A stretch of 64,000 bases of DNA from Actinobacteria bacterium UBA7524. GTDB lineage: Bacteria; Actinomycetota; Coriobacteriia; Anaerosomatales; UBA912. Each line of letters begins with the position of its first letter. Position 1 is the first letter of the stretch. Positions 19,136 to 26,912 of the stretch are shown in pieces. The position numbers and the translations under genes are program-made. The notes beneath the pieces were generated by a model. That model made no database searches, had not been told where the DNA came from, and was given only the letters and a program-made list of their open reading frames with translations. The stretch covers positions 26,347-90,346 of the forward strand of contig DLMY01000053.1 in the NCBI GenBank assembly GCA_002478275.1. The letters are read 5' to 3'.

Positions 19136-19453
19136 GTGAGCGTGGTGCCGGGGGGCCGTGCCGGAGGCCGTTACGCGGGTGACCGGAACGGTCCAGTGCA
19201 GGAACCACGCGCGTCAGCGCAGGACCGGCCGCCCGGACCCGAGGTGATTCCGGGCTCTCTCCTCGGCCCCTCTCTCATCGTCGCAGCCCTGGCCTTCATC
19301 ACCGTCCTCGTGAGCACGTTCTTCCTGTTCCTCTGGTCTTCAGCGTTCGACTCCGCCGGTGCGATCGGCGTGGCGTGGCTGCTGTTGTCTTGCGGGTCTC
19401 CCGTCGTCGGACTGGCATATGCTATGAGAGAGGGTGCCCTCACGTGGCGCTAG
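19136..19453 (+). CDS. small 2-TM membrane protein at the NuoA position of the complex-I-like operon (no NuoA motifs recognised)
   Basis: GTG after GAGAGGAG. Two hydrophobic helices. The stop lies 2 nt before the NuoB-like start. Confidence 0.45.
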   Translation: MSVVPGGRAGGRYAGDRNGPVQEPRASAQDRPPGPEVIPGSLLGPSLIVAALAFITVLVSTFFLFLWSSAFDSAGAIGVAWLLLSCGSPVVGLAYAMREGALTWR

Positions 19454-19455
19454 GC

Positions 19456-19917
19456 GTGCGGTCCTATGCGGCGCGCGTTCTAGGTGTCGTGCGCGCCCGA
19501 TCGCTTCGCTGCATCGTGAGCGGTCAGGTCGTCTGCTGTGCGGGTGGTTCGAACTGCGCGGATGTGGTCCGCGAGGCGGGTGTATGCGGGAGCGACACGT
19601 CCGAGTGCAGGACGGGGCTGGCTGACGTACTCGTCGTGACCGGCACCGTAACGGGCAAGACGGGCTCTTCGTTGCAGGAGTCATACGATGAGATGCGGGA
19701 ACCACGGTGGGTCGTGGCTGTGGGGGACTGCGCATGCACAGGCGGGCCGTTCCGTGAGTACCGGGGCGTGGTGCCGGGCACGAGGGAAGTACTCCCTGTG
19801 GACGAGAGTATCCTGGGATGTCCGCCCAGCGTCGAAAGGGTTCAGCAAGCCTTTGAGAGCCTTCGGGCGTCGGCGCGTGCGGATCACAGCTCGCGTCCGG
19901 ACGGAGCGACGCCTTGA
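19456..19917 (+). CDS. NuoB / NiFe-hydrogenase-small-subunit-like protein (Oxidored_q6 family), divergent
   Basis: VVCC... , ADVLVVTGTVT, EPRWVVAVGDCACTGGPF and PVDESILGCPP motifs. The start is uncertain: GTG 19456 is preferred and GTG 19516 is possible. Confidence 0.75.
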   Translation: MRSYAARVLGVVRARSLRCIVSGQVVCCAGGSNCADVVREAGVCGSDTSECRTGLADVLVVTGTVTGKTGSSLQESYDEMREPRWVVAVGDCACTGGPFREYRGVVPGTREVLPVDESILGCPPSVERVQQAFESLRASARADHSSRPDGATP

Positions 19918-21611
19918 GGCTCGATGTGAAGACCCTTGCCGAGGAGCTCGAGCAGGAAGGCGTCCCTCACGCCATCGAGGGAGATGCGCTTCAGGCGCAC
20001 CTGACGGTCGAGCCCGAGGACCTCGCCGGCGCCGCAGAGGTGCTGGCCCGGTCGGAGCACGTGGCGGCTCTCAGTGACTTCTTCGCCAGCGACACAGGCG
20101 ACGGCGTGGAGTTGACGTACCGGCTGCGGCTCTCCGATCTCGCGTCTGACGTCTTGCTTCGCTGTGCCATGTCGTACAGCACGCCTCTTGAGTCGCTGTG
20201 GACGGCTTTTCCCGCGGTGCTGATGTGCGAGCGCGAGGTGGCGGAGTTGTTCGGATTGAGACTGTCAGAGCATCCCAATCCGGTGCGGCTGCTCACCATG
20301 GCCGGGGCTGAGCCCATGATGCGGCACTCCGTCGCGCTGAGACATGAGGACGACTACGCAGCCGGCGAGGAGCCCTGGCAGACCGAGACTGACGCAGCGA
20401 CGCCCGGTGTCGCGTCACGGGCCGGGCGCCGTGGCGTCTCGCTTGAGGGTAAGCGGAGTGAGCGTCCCCACCGTGCGGCACCGATCGGGCTCACGCACGT
20501 CCCGGCCGGCGCCGGCACGGGACACTCCAGACGAGGACTCATCCGTCTTGCTCCGAGGTTCGATCCGGGTAGCGACGCTCCGGGGTTGACGCTTCGAGTC
20601 GTCGGCGAGAGCGTCCTGGCGGCCGAGGCCGACATGGGCTTCGCCCACCGGGGGATCGAGAGACTCTCCCAGGAGCGTCACCTTATGGAGCTGGGCGGGT
20701 TGCTGGCTCGTTTGGACCGTTCGGCTTCGGTCCACGCGCAACATGCTGCGGCGTTGGCGATCGAGCGCACCGTGCACGTCGAGGCCTCACCCAAAGGCGC
20801 ATGGCTGCGCTGTCTGTATGCCGAGCTGGCCAGGGTCGCGGGCCACCTCGGATGGCTTCAGGGATTCGTGAGCGACGCCGGTCTTCGTTCGCTGTCGGAG
20901 AGGGCGGCCAGGAACCGACAGGCGTTCCTCGGCATCGGTGAGCAGCTTGCCGGTGATGCCGGTGCCGGGTATGTGCTGCCAGGGGGAGTGTCCGCGGACA
21001 TGCCAGCCGCGCTGGACTCCAGTATCACGGAGCTTTGCGATGCGTTCGAACCGGACCTGGAGAGAATCGGGAGGAAGGTGCTGGGCAGCGGGCTGCTCAG
21101 GCGCAGACTGCACGGGCTGGCTGCGTTCGGCGCGCAGACTGCACGTGCGCTGGCTGTGACCGGTCCGAGCCTGAGAGCCTGCGGCATGGTCTGTGACGTA
21201 CGCCGGGACATGCCGTACGACGCATACGCCGAACTTGAGTTCGAGGTGCCGATCGGTAGCGTCGGTGATGCATGGGACCGGATGTCGGTGCGGATCGAGG
21301 AGATGCGGCAGTCGGTCGCTATGATTCGCCAGCTTGTTGCCGGACTACCCGAGGGCGCGTGCCGTACTCAAGCCGACAGCCCCTGGCGCGCGAGTCCGGG
21401 TGAGGCGTACGCGGCGGTCGAATCGGGCCGGGGAGAGCTCGGGGTCCACCTGGTCACCACGGGCGCTCGGAAGCCGCAGCGAGTCCGACTCAGGACACCC
21501 TCGCTGTTCGCCTGCCAACTCGCCGAGGAGATCCTGCCGGGGACGGAGCTCTCTGACGTGTTCCTCGTTCTCGGCAGTCTCGACATCGGCCTCGGGGAGG
21601 CTGAACGGTGA
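19914..21611 (+). CDS. fused NuoC-NuoD-like subunit (49-kDa / large-subunit homolog) without NiFe ligands
   Basis: The N-terminal 30-kDa-type domain and the C-terminal GFAHRGIERL, GPSLRACGM.CDVRRDMPYDAY, GDAWDR..VRIEEM and GSLDIGLGEAER match NuoD signatures. TTG start overlaps the NuoB-like stop (TTGA). Confidence 0.8.
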   Translation: MRLDVKTLAEELEQEGVPHAIEGDALQAHLTVEPEDLAGAAEVLARSEHVAALSDFFASDTGDGVELTYRLRLSDLASDVLLRCAMSYSTPLESLWTAFPAVLMCEREVAELFGLRLSEHPNPVRLLTMAGAEPMMRHSVALRHEDDYAAGEEPWQTETDAATPGVASRAGRRGVSLEGKRSERPHRAAPIGLTHVPAGAGTGHSRRGLIRLAPRFDPGSDAPGLTLRVVGESVLAAEADMGFAHRGIERLSQERHLMELGGLLARLDRSASVHAQHAAALAIERTVHVEASPKGAWLRCLYAELARVAGHLGWLQGFVSDAGLRSLSERAARNRQAFLGIGEQLAGDAGAGYVLPGGVSADMPAALDSSITELCDAFEPDLERIGRKVLGSGLLRRRLHGLAAFGAQTARALAVTGPSLRACGMVCDVRRDMPYDAYAELEFEVPIGSVGDAWDRMSVRIEEMRQSVAMIRQLVAGLPEGACRTQADSPWRASPGEAYAAVESGRGELGVHLVTTGARKPQRVRLRTPSLFACQLAEEILPGTELSDVFLVLGSLDIGLGEAER

Positions 21612-22612
21612 GCGCCGCGATCGCCTCCGCGATATCTCGGGCCTTCTTGACCGTCGCCGTGCTCGCGGCCAACGCGTTCCTGATGGCTTCGCTCTCCCGG
21701 GTTTCCTCACGGGCGGACCGGGCGGGGTACGGGCGGGTCAGGTTCGAGCCGCTGCGGCCTGTCTGGGAAGGCATCCGGCTGGCGGGCAAGGAGCAGGGAG
21801 CTCCTTGGGGCATCGTGCGAGGAGTGGGAGCCGTGCCGGTGCTCGCCGCGCTGTTTCTGGTGCTTGTCGCCTTCGGAGTGGTGCCGTACTCGGCCACCCT
21901 CCGGGTCGTGCGAACGGACACTGCGGTCATCTACCTGCTCGGAGTCTTGGTGATGTCCGTGTTGTGGCCGTTCCTTGCGGGATGGGCGAACGGGGATAGC
22001 CTGGCGATCGTGACGGGAATGCGCATCACCGCTCGCAGGACCATGTTCGTATCCGCGCTGGTCCTCTCGGTCGTTCCCGTGGTCATGTATGCCGGCGGCT
22101 TCGACTCGACGGTCATAGTGTCCGCTCAGTCGGGCGTGTGGCTTCGCGTCGTCCCTCGCTGGTTCGCCACGTTCCCGATGTTCTGGCCCTCGTTGGCGGT
22201 CTTCACATCAGCGTCGGCGGTCGCGTACGGGGCGTCGCCGAATGGGGCGTTCGAGCGCTCTGTCGGTCTTGGAGACGAGTCTTCACTCGCGCCCACTCCG
22301 CTCCTTTGTGGAGTGCAGCGCCTTGTGGAGCATGCGTACCTCTTCATAGTGTCGGCACTGACCGTCATCCTGTTCTTCGGTGGCTGGACGGTGCCCAGAG
22401 TCTCCCTTGCGGGTGTCGCGCCTCTGGTCTTCCTGGTCAAGGTCTACGCATGGGCGACGGTGGTGATGTGGGTGCGCAGGAGGTTGCCTGCTCTGCGCCA
22501 GAGTGACCTGATGGCGTTGGGATGGAGATGGCTCGTCCCGTTGTCGTTCGTCTGGATAGTGGTGTGCGCCCTTCTGACGGGATTGTTCGACCTGGGTCAG
22601 GGGGTGAGCTGA
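21608..22612 (+). CDS. NuoH-like membrane subunit, divergent
   Basis: About 8 TM segments. GWANGDSLAIVTGMR (compare GWASNSKYALLGGLR) and WVRRRLPALRQSDLMALGWRWLVPLS (compare W.RAT.PR.R.DQLM..WK.LLPL). GTGA overlap with the upstream gene. Confidence 0.7.
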   Translation: MSAAIASAISRAFLTVAVLAANAFLMASLSRVSSRADRAGYGRVRFEPLRPVWEGIRLAGKEQGAPWGIVRGVGAVPVLAALFLVLVAFGVVPYSATLRVVRTDTAVIYLLGVLVMSVLWPFLAGWANGDSLAIVTGMRITARRTMFVSALVLSVVPVVMYAGGFDSTVIVSAQSGVWLRVVPRWFATFPMFWPSLAVFTSASAVAYGASPNGAFERSVGLGDESSLAPTPLLCGVQRLVEHAYLFIVSALTVILFFGGWTVPRVSLAGVAPLVFLVKVYAWATVVMWVRRRLPALRQSDLMALGWRWLVPLSFVWIVVCALLTGLFDLGQGVS

Positions 22613-22613
22613 C

Positions 22614-23114
22614 GTGTACGCTTCGGACCTCGCCTTCGCCGTCCTTGCACTCGCAGCACTTGGCGGTGCGGCCGGGGTGTTGCTTTCGAGGAGCACGGTG
22701 CATGCCGTGCTGTGGTCGTTGGAGTCGAGTGTGGCTGTAGCGGGTCTCTACGTGTTGCTGTCAGCGGAATTCCTCGCACTCGCCGTGGTGATTCTCTGGG
22801 GAGGTGCCGCCAGTCTGGCGTTGTTGGTCACCATCGCCGTGACAGCACGACACGGTGAGCCGGTGTCGCGTCCGCGCGAGGGGTCGTTGAGAGCAGCCGT
22901 ACTCGCGGTCGCGTTCGCGGCCCTTATGCTCGCGAGGATCGCGGGAGCGGATCTGGCCACCGCCGAAACGGCAGTGGCACCCCGTATGCGCGACCTCGGG
23001 GAGGCCCTGTTCGCGGAACCGGCGCTGATGGCCGCTTCAGGAGCTCTGTCCCTGATGCTTCTGCTCGTCATGATCGCGGGAGTCTGGTGGTCACGGGGAG
23101 GCGATGGGCGATGA
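22614..23114 (+). CDS. NuoJ-like membrane subunit
   Basis: RSTVHAVLWSL...AGLYVLLSAEFLALAVVILWGGA parallels RN.IH.AL.L...AG.YV.L.A.FL...QVIVYAGA of NuoJ/Nqo10. Confidence 0.65.
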   Translation: MYASDLAFAVLALAALGGAAGVLLSRSTVHAVLWSLESSVAVAGLYVLLSAEFLALAVVILWGGAASLALLVTIAVTARHGEPVSRPREGSLRAAVLAVAFAALMLARIAGADLATAETAVAPRMRDLGEALFAEPALMAASGALSLMLLLVMIAGVWWSRGGDGR

Positions 23115-23431
23115 GTGTGGGACCGGGCGCCTTTCTCGCGTTGGCTGCGGTGCTTTTCGCAGCTGGCCTCTATGGAGCGGTGGCCAGACGAGGACCTCTT
23201 GCGGTGTTGATGTCTCTTCAGATGATGGCGATCGCGGTGAATCTGAACATCGTGACCTTCACGCGGTTTGTCACACCGGCAGAGCAGGCCGGGAAGCTGC
23301 TGCCCGTGTTCTCCCTGACTGTCGCGGTGTTGCATCTCGGCCTGGGCGTGGCGCTCGTCTCAGGAGCCAGTCGACGTGCACGTTCTGTTCAGCGCGGGTC
23401 TGCCGGGCCTGCCGGGGCGGGTGAGCGATGA
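23111..23431 (+). CDS. NuoK-like membrane subunit with both canonical membrane glutamates substituted
   Basis: Aligned by eye to E. coli NuoK (RRN.LFMLIGLEIMINA / AAAEASIGLAL). Here the equivalents read RRGPLAVLMSLQMMAIA / VAVLHLGLGVAL. ATGA overlap. Confidence 0.65.
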   Translation: MSVGPGAFLALAAVLFAAGLYGAVARRGPLAVLMSLQMMAIAVNLNIVTFTRFVTPAEQAGKLLPVFSLTVAVLHLGLGVALVSGASRRARSVQRGSAGPAGAGER

Positions 23432-24861
23432 TGGGCGGCTTCACACAGTTCGTGCCCGAGGCGGCATTGCTCGTGCCTGTTCCCGTGGCGCTACTGCTGG
23501 GGTCACGCTTGCGCGAACGCTGGATCGCATGGCTGGCGATGATATCGTGCGGCGTCGCCGGTGTCAGCGCATGGTACGCGCCCACCATGCTGGACCAGGC
23601 GTCGGCGGTCACGACGACGCTCGATACCACGGCAGGCGCGGCACGGCTGGCCATCTGCGTACTCGCCGCATTGTGGCTCGCGTGGGTCGCGGCGCGCGGG
23701 GCAGGCGCGGAGCGGTCCGGAGAAGCGGTCGGGCTGGCGCTGCTCAGTACCCTCGGGGGCCTGCTTCTTGCGAGCGCCACGGACCTGGTCGTGGCCTTCG
23801 TGGCGATGGAGTTGACGGTTCTGCCCGCCTATGTGCTCCTCGGCTATTCGCGTCACGACGTCCCGGTCCTAAAAGGCGTGCTCAAGCAGATGACCCGTTC
23901 CGCGTTGGCCTCGATGATCGCCCTGTACGGCATATCGTTTCTCTACGGGTTGACGGGGGCCACATCGTTCGAGGGTATCGCCACATCGTTGCCGGAGGCC
24001 GGCCCGCTGGGTGCGACGGGGGCGATTCTGGCGGTCGGCGGACTTCTGGCACGCTTGACGTTGCTGTACCGGTGCGCATCGGCCCGTTCCGGGGTGGCCG
24101 GGTCATCCGTGTTCACAGCGTTCGTGGCGAGCGTTCCGGCATTCTCCATGAGCGTGTTCCTCGCGCAGTTCTTGTCGCAGGCACTCACGGTACGCTCGCT
24201 CCAGACGATACTCGTCGCGGGCGCCGTGTTCTGCCTGGCCGTCGGGCTGTACGTGATCGTGCGGGAGCAAGAGCCAAGAGAGTTGCTCGCCGGAGCGGGT
24301 ACAGTGCACATAGGGTTTCTCATGGCTGGCCTGGCTGTGCTGGTAGCGGCCTCACCCGGATCGTCCATCGACGCGGTTCCGGTGCAGGTGTCACAGCTGG
24401 CGGTGGTCGCGCCTCGGGTCGACGCGCTCGTCATCTACGCGTTCACCTACTCCATCGCCGCACTCGCGCTTGGGCTGCTTCTGGCGGGAACAGAAGGAGA
24501 GGGACCGCGGTACGGGCGTCGGCTCGCCATGCGCGCGGCTGCGGTGCTGCTGGCATCGCTTGCAGGTGTGCCTCCCCTGGCGGGCTTTGCAGGCAGATGG
24601 CTGTTGCTCAGATCCGTCCACGAGGCTGGTTTCGGCTGGCTCGTGGCCACAGGGGTCGCAGTAAGCATCGTCTCCGCTTGGTACGTCGTGCGAGCCGCCC
24701 TATCGCGCGCTGGCTCGGCCGAAGCACAGGCGACCGCCGAGGAGGAGCGCATCACCGGTAGCGGTCCGGGCGGATGGTTGTCGGAAGACCGCCTCTCGCT
24801 CTCCCTTGCGGTCTCTGCCGTACTCGTGGGTGGTGCGGTCCTCTGGGTCTTCTGGTTCTGA
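23428..24861 (+). CDS. single antiporter-like subunit (NuoN/NuoM/MrpD family, Proton_antipo_M), degenerate
   Basis: About 14 TM segments. The TM5-type AMELTVLPAYVLLGY motif is present. The TM7/8 region reads GGLLARLTLLYRCASARSG instead of ..K....PFH.W.PD. ATGA overlap with the NuoK-like gene. Confidence 0.65.
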   Translation: MMGGFTQFVPEAALLVPVPVALLLGSRLRERWIAWLAMISCGVAGVSAWYAPTMLDQASAVTTTLDTTAGAARLAICVLAALWLAWVAARGAGAERSGEAVGLALLSTLGGLLLASATDLVVAFVAMELTVLPAYVLLGYSRHDVPVLKGVLKQMTRSALASMIALYGISFLYGLTGATSFEGIATSLPEAGPLGATGAILAVGGLLARLTLLYRCASARSGVAGSSVFTAFVASVPAFSMSVFLAQFLSQALTVRSLQTILVAGAVFCLAVGLYVIVREQEPRELLAGAGTVHIGFLMAGLAVLVAASPGSSIDAVPVQVSQLAVVAPRVDALVIYAFTYSIAALALGLLLAGTEGEGPRYGRRLAMRAAAVLLASLAGVPPLAGFAGRWLLLRSVHEAGFGWLVATGVAVSIVSAWYVVRAALSRAGSAEAQATAEEERITGSGPGGWLSEDRLSLSLAVSAVLVGGAVLWVFWF

Positions 24862-24986
24862 GACGGGGGCGGGGGTGTCGTGCAGGACCGTCATAGCCGC
24901 AGCGCTTTGCAGGCGCGCTGACGGGTACACTAACTGACGTGTTCCCTAGGTCGACCCGAACCGCGTCCGATACGAGGAGTTGCAGG

Positions 24987-26243
24987 ATGTACGATTCCGA
25001 AGATCATCCGACGGACTACGTGACTGTCGAGGGGCCTTTGCCTGTTTGCGACTACACCGGCGAAGCGGCGGATGAACCCTGCGAGGAGCCGGCCACCGTC
25101 AAGCGTTGGTCGAGCGCTGCGGTCATCACCGCGTCGGCGTTGGGAGCACTTGCCGGTGGACTTCTGGTGGCGGCCGCCCTGACGTGGGTTTTCGGTGCAT
25201 GGCCAGGATCCAGGCCGTTCCAGCCGACCGGTCAGGGAGGCGCGAGCATCAGCCCCATCACCATCGAGCCTGGTGACGACATCAACGTCGCCGTGGCCGT
25301 GGCGGCCAAGGTCACCCCCAGCGTGGTGAACGTGAGGATCGAGCGACGCGTCCGGGACCCGTTCACAGGTGCGGTCGGTCTCGTCGAGGCAGGTAACGGC
25401 AGCGGGGTCATCATCCGTTCCGAGGGCTACGTCCTGACCAACTACCACGTAATCGAGAACGCAGACCGGATCGTCCTGACGGTGGGAGTCGAAGACGTCG
25501 ATGCCGATGTGGTGGGGGTCGACCCCTCCACCGACCTTGCGGTCCTGTCGATAGCAGGAGGGCCATATCCTGCGGCAGAGATCGGCTCCTCGGCGAATCT
25601 CGAAGTAGGGCAGTTCGTGCTCGCGGTCGGCAGCCCCTTCGGCCTGGAAAAGACCGTGACCTCGGGTATCGTCTCCGCTCTGCAACGCTCCAGTCTGGCG
25701 CAGGGCGGGCGCGACATCACGGCATACACCAATCTCATCCAGACCGACGCCGCCATAAATCCGGGCAACTCCGGCGGAGCACTCGTTGACGAACAGGGCC
25801 GACTGATCGGCATCAATACGCTTATCCAGTCCCCCTCGGGTACGGTCGGGGCGCCGCAATCCGCCGGGATCGGCTTCGCAATCCCCGTGGATTCGGCGAT
25901 CAACGTCGCGGAACAGCTTATCGAGACCGGGCGGGCCATTCACCCGTACATGGGCGTCTCGACGCTGACGATCGATCGCGCGACGGCTTCCCAGTTCGGG
26001 TTGCCGGTCTCACGAGGGGCACTGGTGCAGCTCGTCGAGCCCGATTCTCCCGCGGATGAGGCAGGCCTTCGCCGAGGAGACATCATCGTGCGGATCGATA
26101 ACCGCGACATCGGCGGGGTCGAGGACGTGTTCGCCTCGGTGAGGGCAGCCGAGGTCGGTGAGACCCTGGAGGTCACCATCGTGAGGGGCGATACCGAGCG
26201 AACGCTGGAAGTGACACTGGGCTCCGATGCGGAGCGACGGTAG
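24987..26243 (+). CDS. HtrA/DegP-family (S1C) serine protease with TM anchor and PDZ domain
   Basis: TNYHV (His), D..VL (Asp), GNSGGAL (Ser) and a C-terminal PDZ (GDIIVRIDN). ATG at 24987 after GAGGAG. Confidence 0.88.
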   Translation: MYDSEDHPTDYVTVEGPLPVCDYTGEAADEPCEEPATVKRWSSAAVITASALGALAGGLLVAAALTWVFGAWPGSRPFQPTGQGGASISPITIEPGDDINVAVAVAAKVTPSVVNVRIERRVRDPFTGAVGLVEAGNGSGVIIRSEGYVLTNYHVIENADRIVLTVGVEDVDADVVGVDPSTDLAVLSIAGGPYPAAEIGSSANLEVGQFVLAVGSPFGLEKTVTSGIVSALQRSSLAQGGRDITAYTNLIQTDAAINPGNSGGALVDEQGRLIGINTLIQSPSGTVGAPQSAGIGFAIPVDSAINVAEQLIETGRAIHPYMGVSTLTIDRATASQFGLPVSRGALVQLVEPDSPADEAGLRRGDIIVRIDNRDIGGVEDVFASVRAAEVGETLEVTIVRGDTERTLEVTLGSDAERR

Positions 26244-26707
26244 TGCACATCACGGTCATCGCCGTCGGAAAGCTCAAGGAGCGGCATTACGCACAGGCGT
26301 GTGCCGAGTACCTCAAGAGGCTCGGCCCCTATGCGAAGGTCGACATCGTCGAGGTGCCCGACCGCGATGTGACGCGGGATGAGACCCGAGCGCTCGCTGA
26401 GGAAGGGCGCGCGATCTTGAAGTCGATACCCGGACAAGCGCATGTCGTGGTTTTGGACCCGGCGGCCACACAGTGCACGAGCGAACAGTTCTCCGGTAAG
26501 CTCGACGAACTCGCGCTGCAGGGGTCGAGCGCTCTCACGTTCGTGGTCGGGGGGGCCGCGGGACTCTCAGGCGAAGTCCGTGCGCGAGCTGACGAGTCCC
26601 TGTCTCTCGGGCTCATGACCTATCCGCACCAGCTTGCCCGGGTCATGCTGCTCGAGCAGCTGTACCGTGCATTCCGTATCAGCAGGAAAGAACCCTATCA
26701 TCGCTGA
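26243..26707 (+). CDS. rlmH: 23S rRNA (pseudouridine1915-N3)-methyltransferase RlmH
   Basis: 154 aa SPOUT protein: ITVIAVGKLKE, FVVGGAAGL, and the C-terminal YRAFRI..KEPYH. Confidence 0.88.
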   Translation: MHITVIAVGKLKERHYAQACAEYLKRLGPYAKVDIVEVPDRDVTRDETRALAEEGRAILKSIPGQAHVVVLDPAATQCTSEQFSGKLDELALQGSSALTFVVGGAAGLSGEVRARADESLSLGLMTYPHQLARVMLLEQLYRAFRISRKEPYHR

Positions 26708-26762
26708 GCACCTTGTCCGCAGGGGCTCCAGGGTGCGGTATTGACGGTCCGTGGTCCAACTC

Positions 26763-26782
26763 ACGAATTCGTACGAATTCGT
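26763..26782. promoter_or_regulatory. 20-bp perfect palindrome ACGAATTCGTACGAATTCGT (two abutting 10-bp palindromes); candidate operator
   Basis: Read directly from the sequence. It is self-complementary over all 20 nt and AT-rich within a roughly 65% GC genome. It lies 130 bp upstream of the small Cys-rich ORF. Confidence 0.5.
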
Positions 26783-26912
26783 TACCCCCTGTCGTATGTG
26801 CTGGTCCATGCATTCCGCCGATACCACTGGTGTGTGCGCATCAACATGTCTTCCGCGTTGGGGCGCCGAGATGCCGCTCGGCAAACGCGAGAGGCCAGGG
26901 AGGTGCTGGTCG

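Noticed and set aside
19375-19455. Upstream extension of the NuoB-like ORF (ATG 19375)
   Set aside because: It would overlap the preceding membrane ORF by 79 nt in another frame. GTG 19456 sits 2 nt after that gene's stop and leaves a NuoB-like N-terminus.
23376-24761. 461-aa plus-strand alternative-frame ORF overlapping the NuoN-like gene
   Set aside because: The translation is a Gly/Arg-rich string with no TM segments or motifs. The 23428 frame gives about 14 TM helices and the antiporter-family TM5 motif.
19136-24861. Interpretation of the cluster as an Ech/Hyc/Mbh-type group-4 NiFe hydrogenase
   Set aside because: The large-subunit homolog has no cysteines at either NiFe ligand motif. 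There is no EchF/NuoI-type ferredoxin subunit, and the gene order follows nuo rather than ech/hyc/mbh.
22614-24861. Interpretation of the J-K-N part as an Mrp Na+/H+ antiporter fragment
   Set aside because: These genes are translationally coupled to NuoB-, NuoCD- and NuoH-like genes. No MrpB/E/F/G-like small subunits are present.
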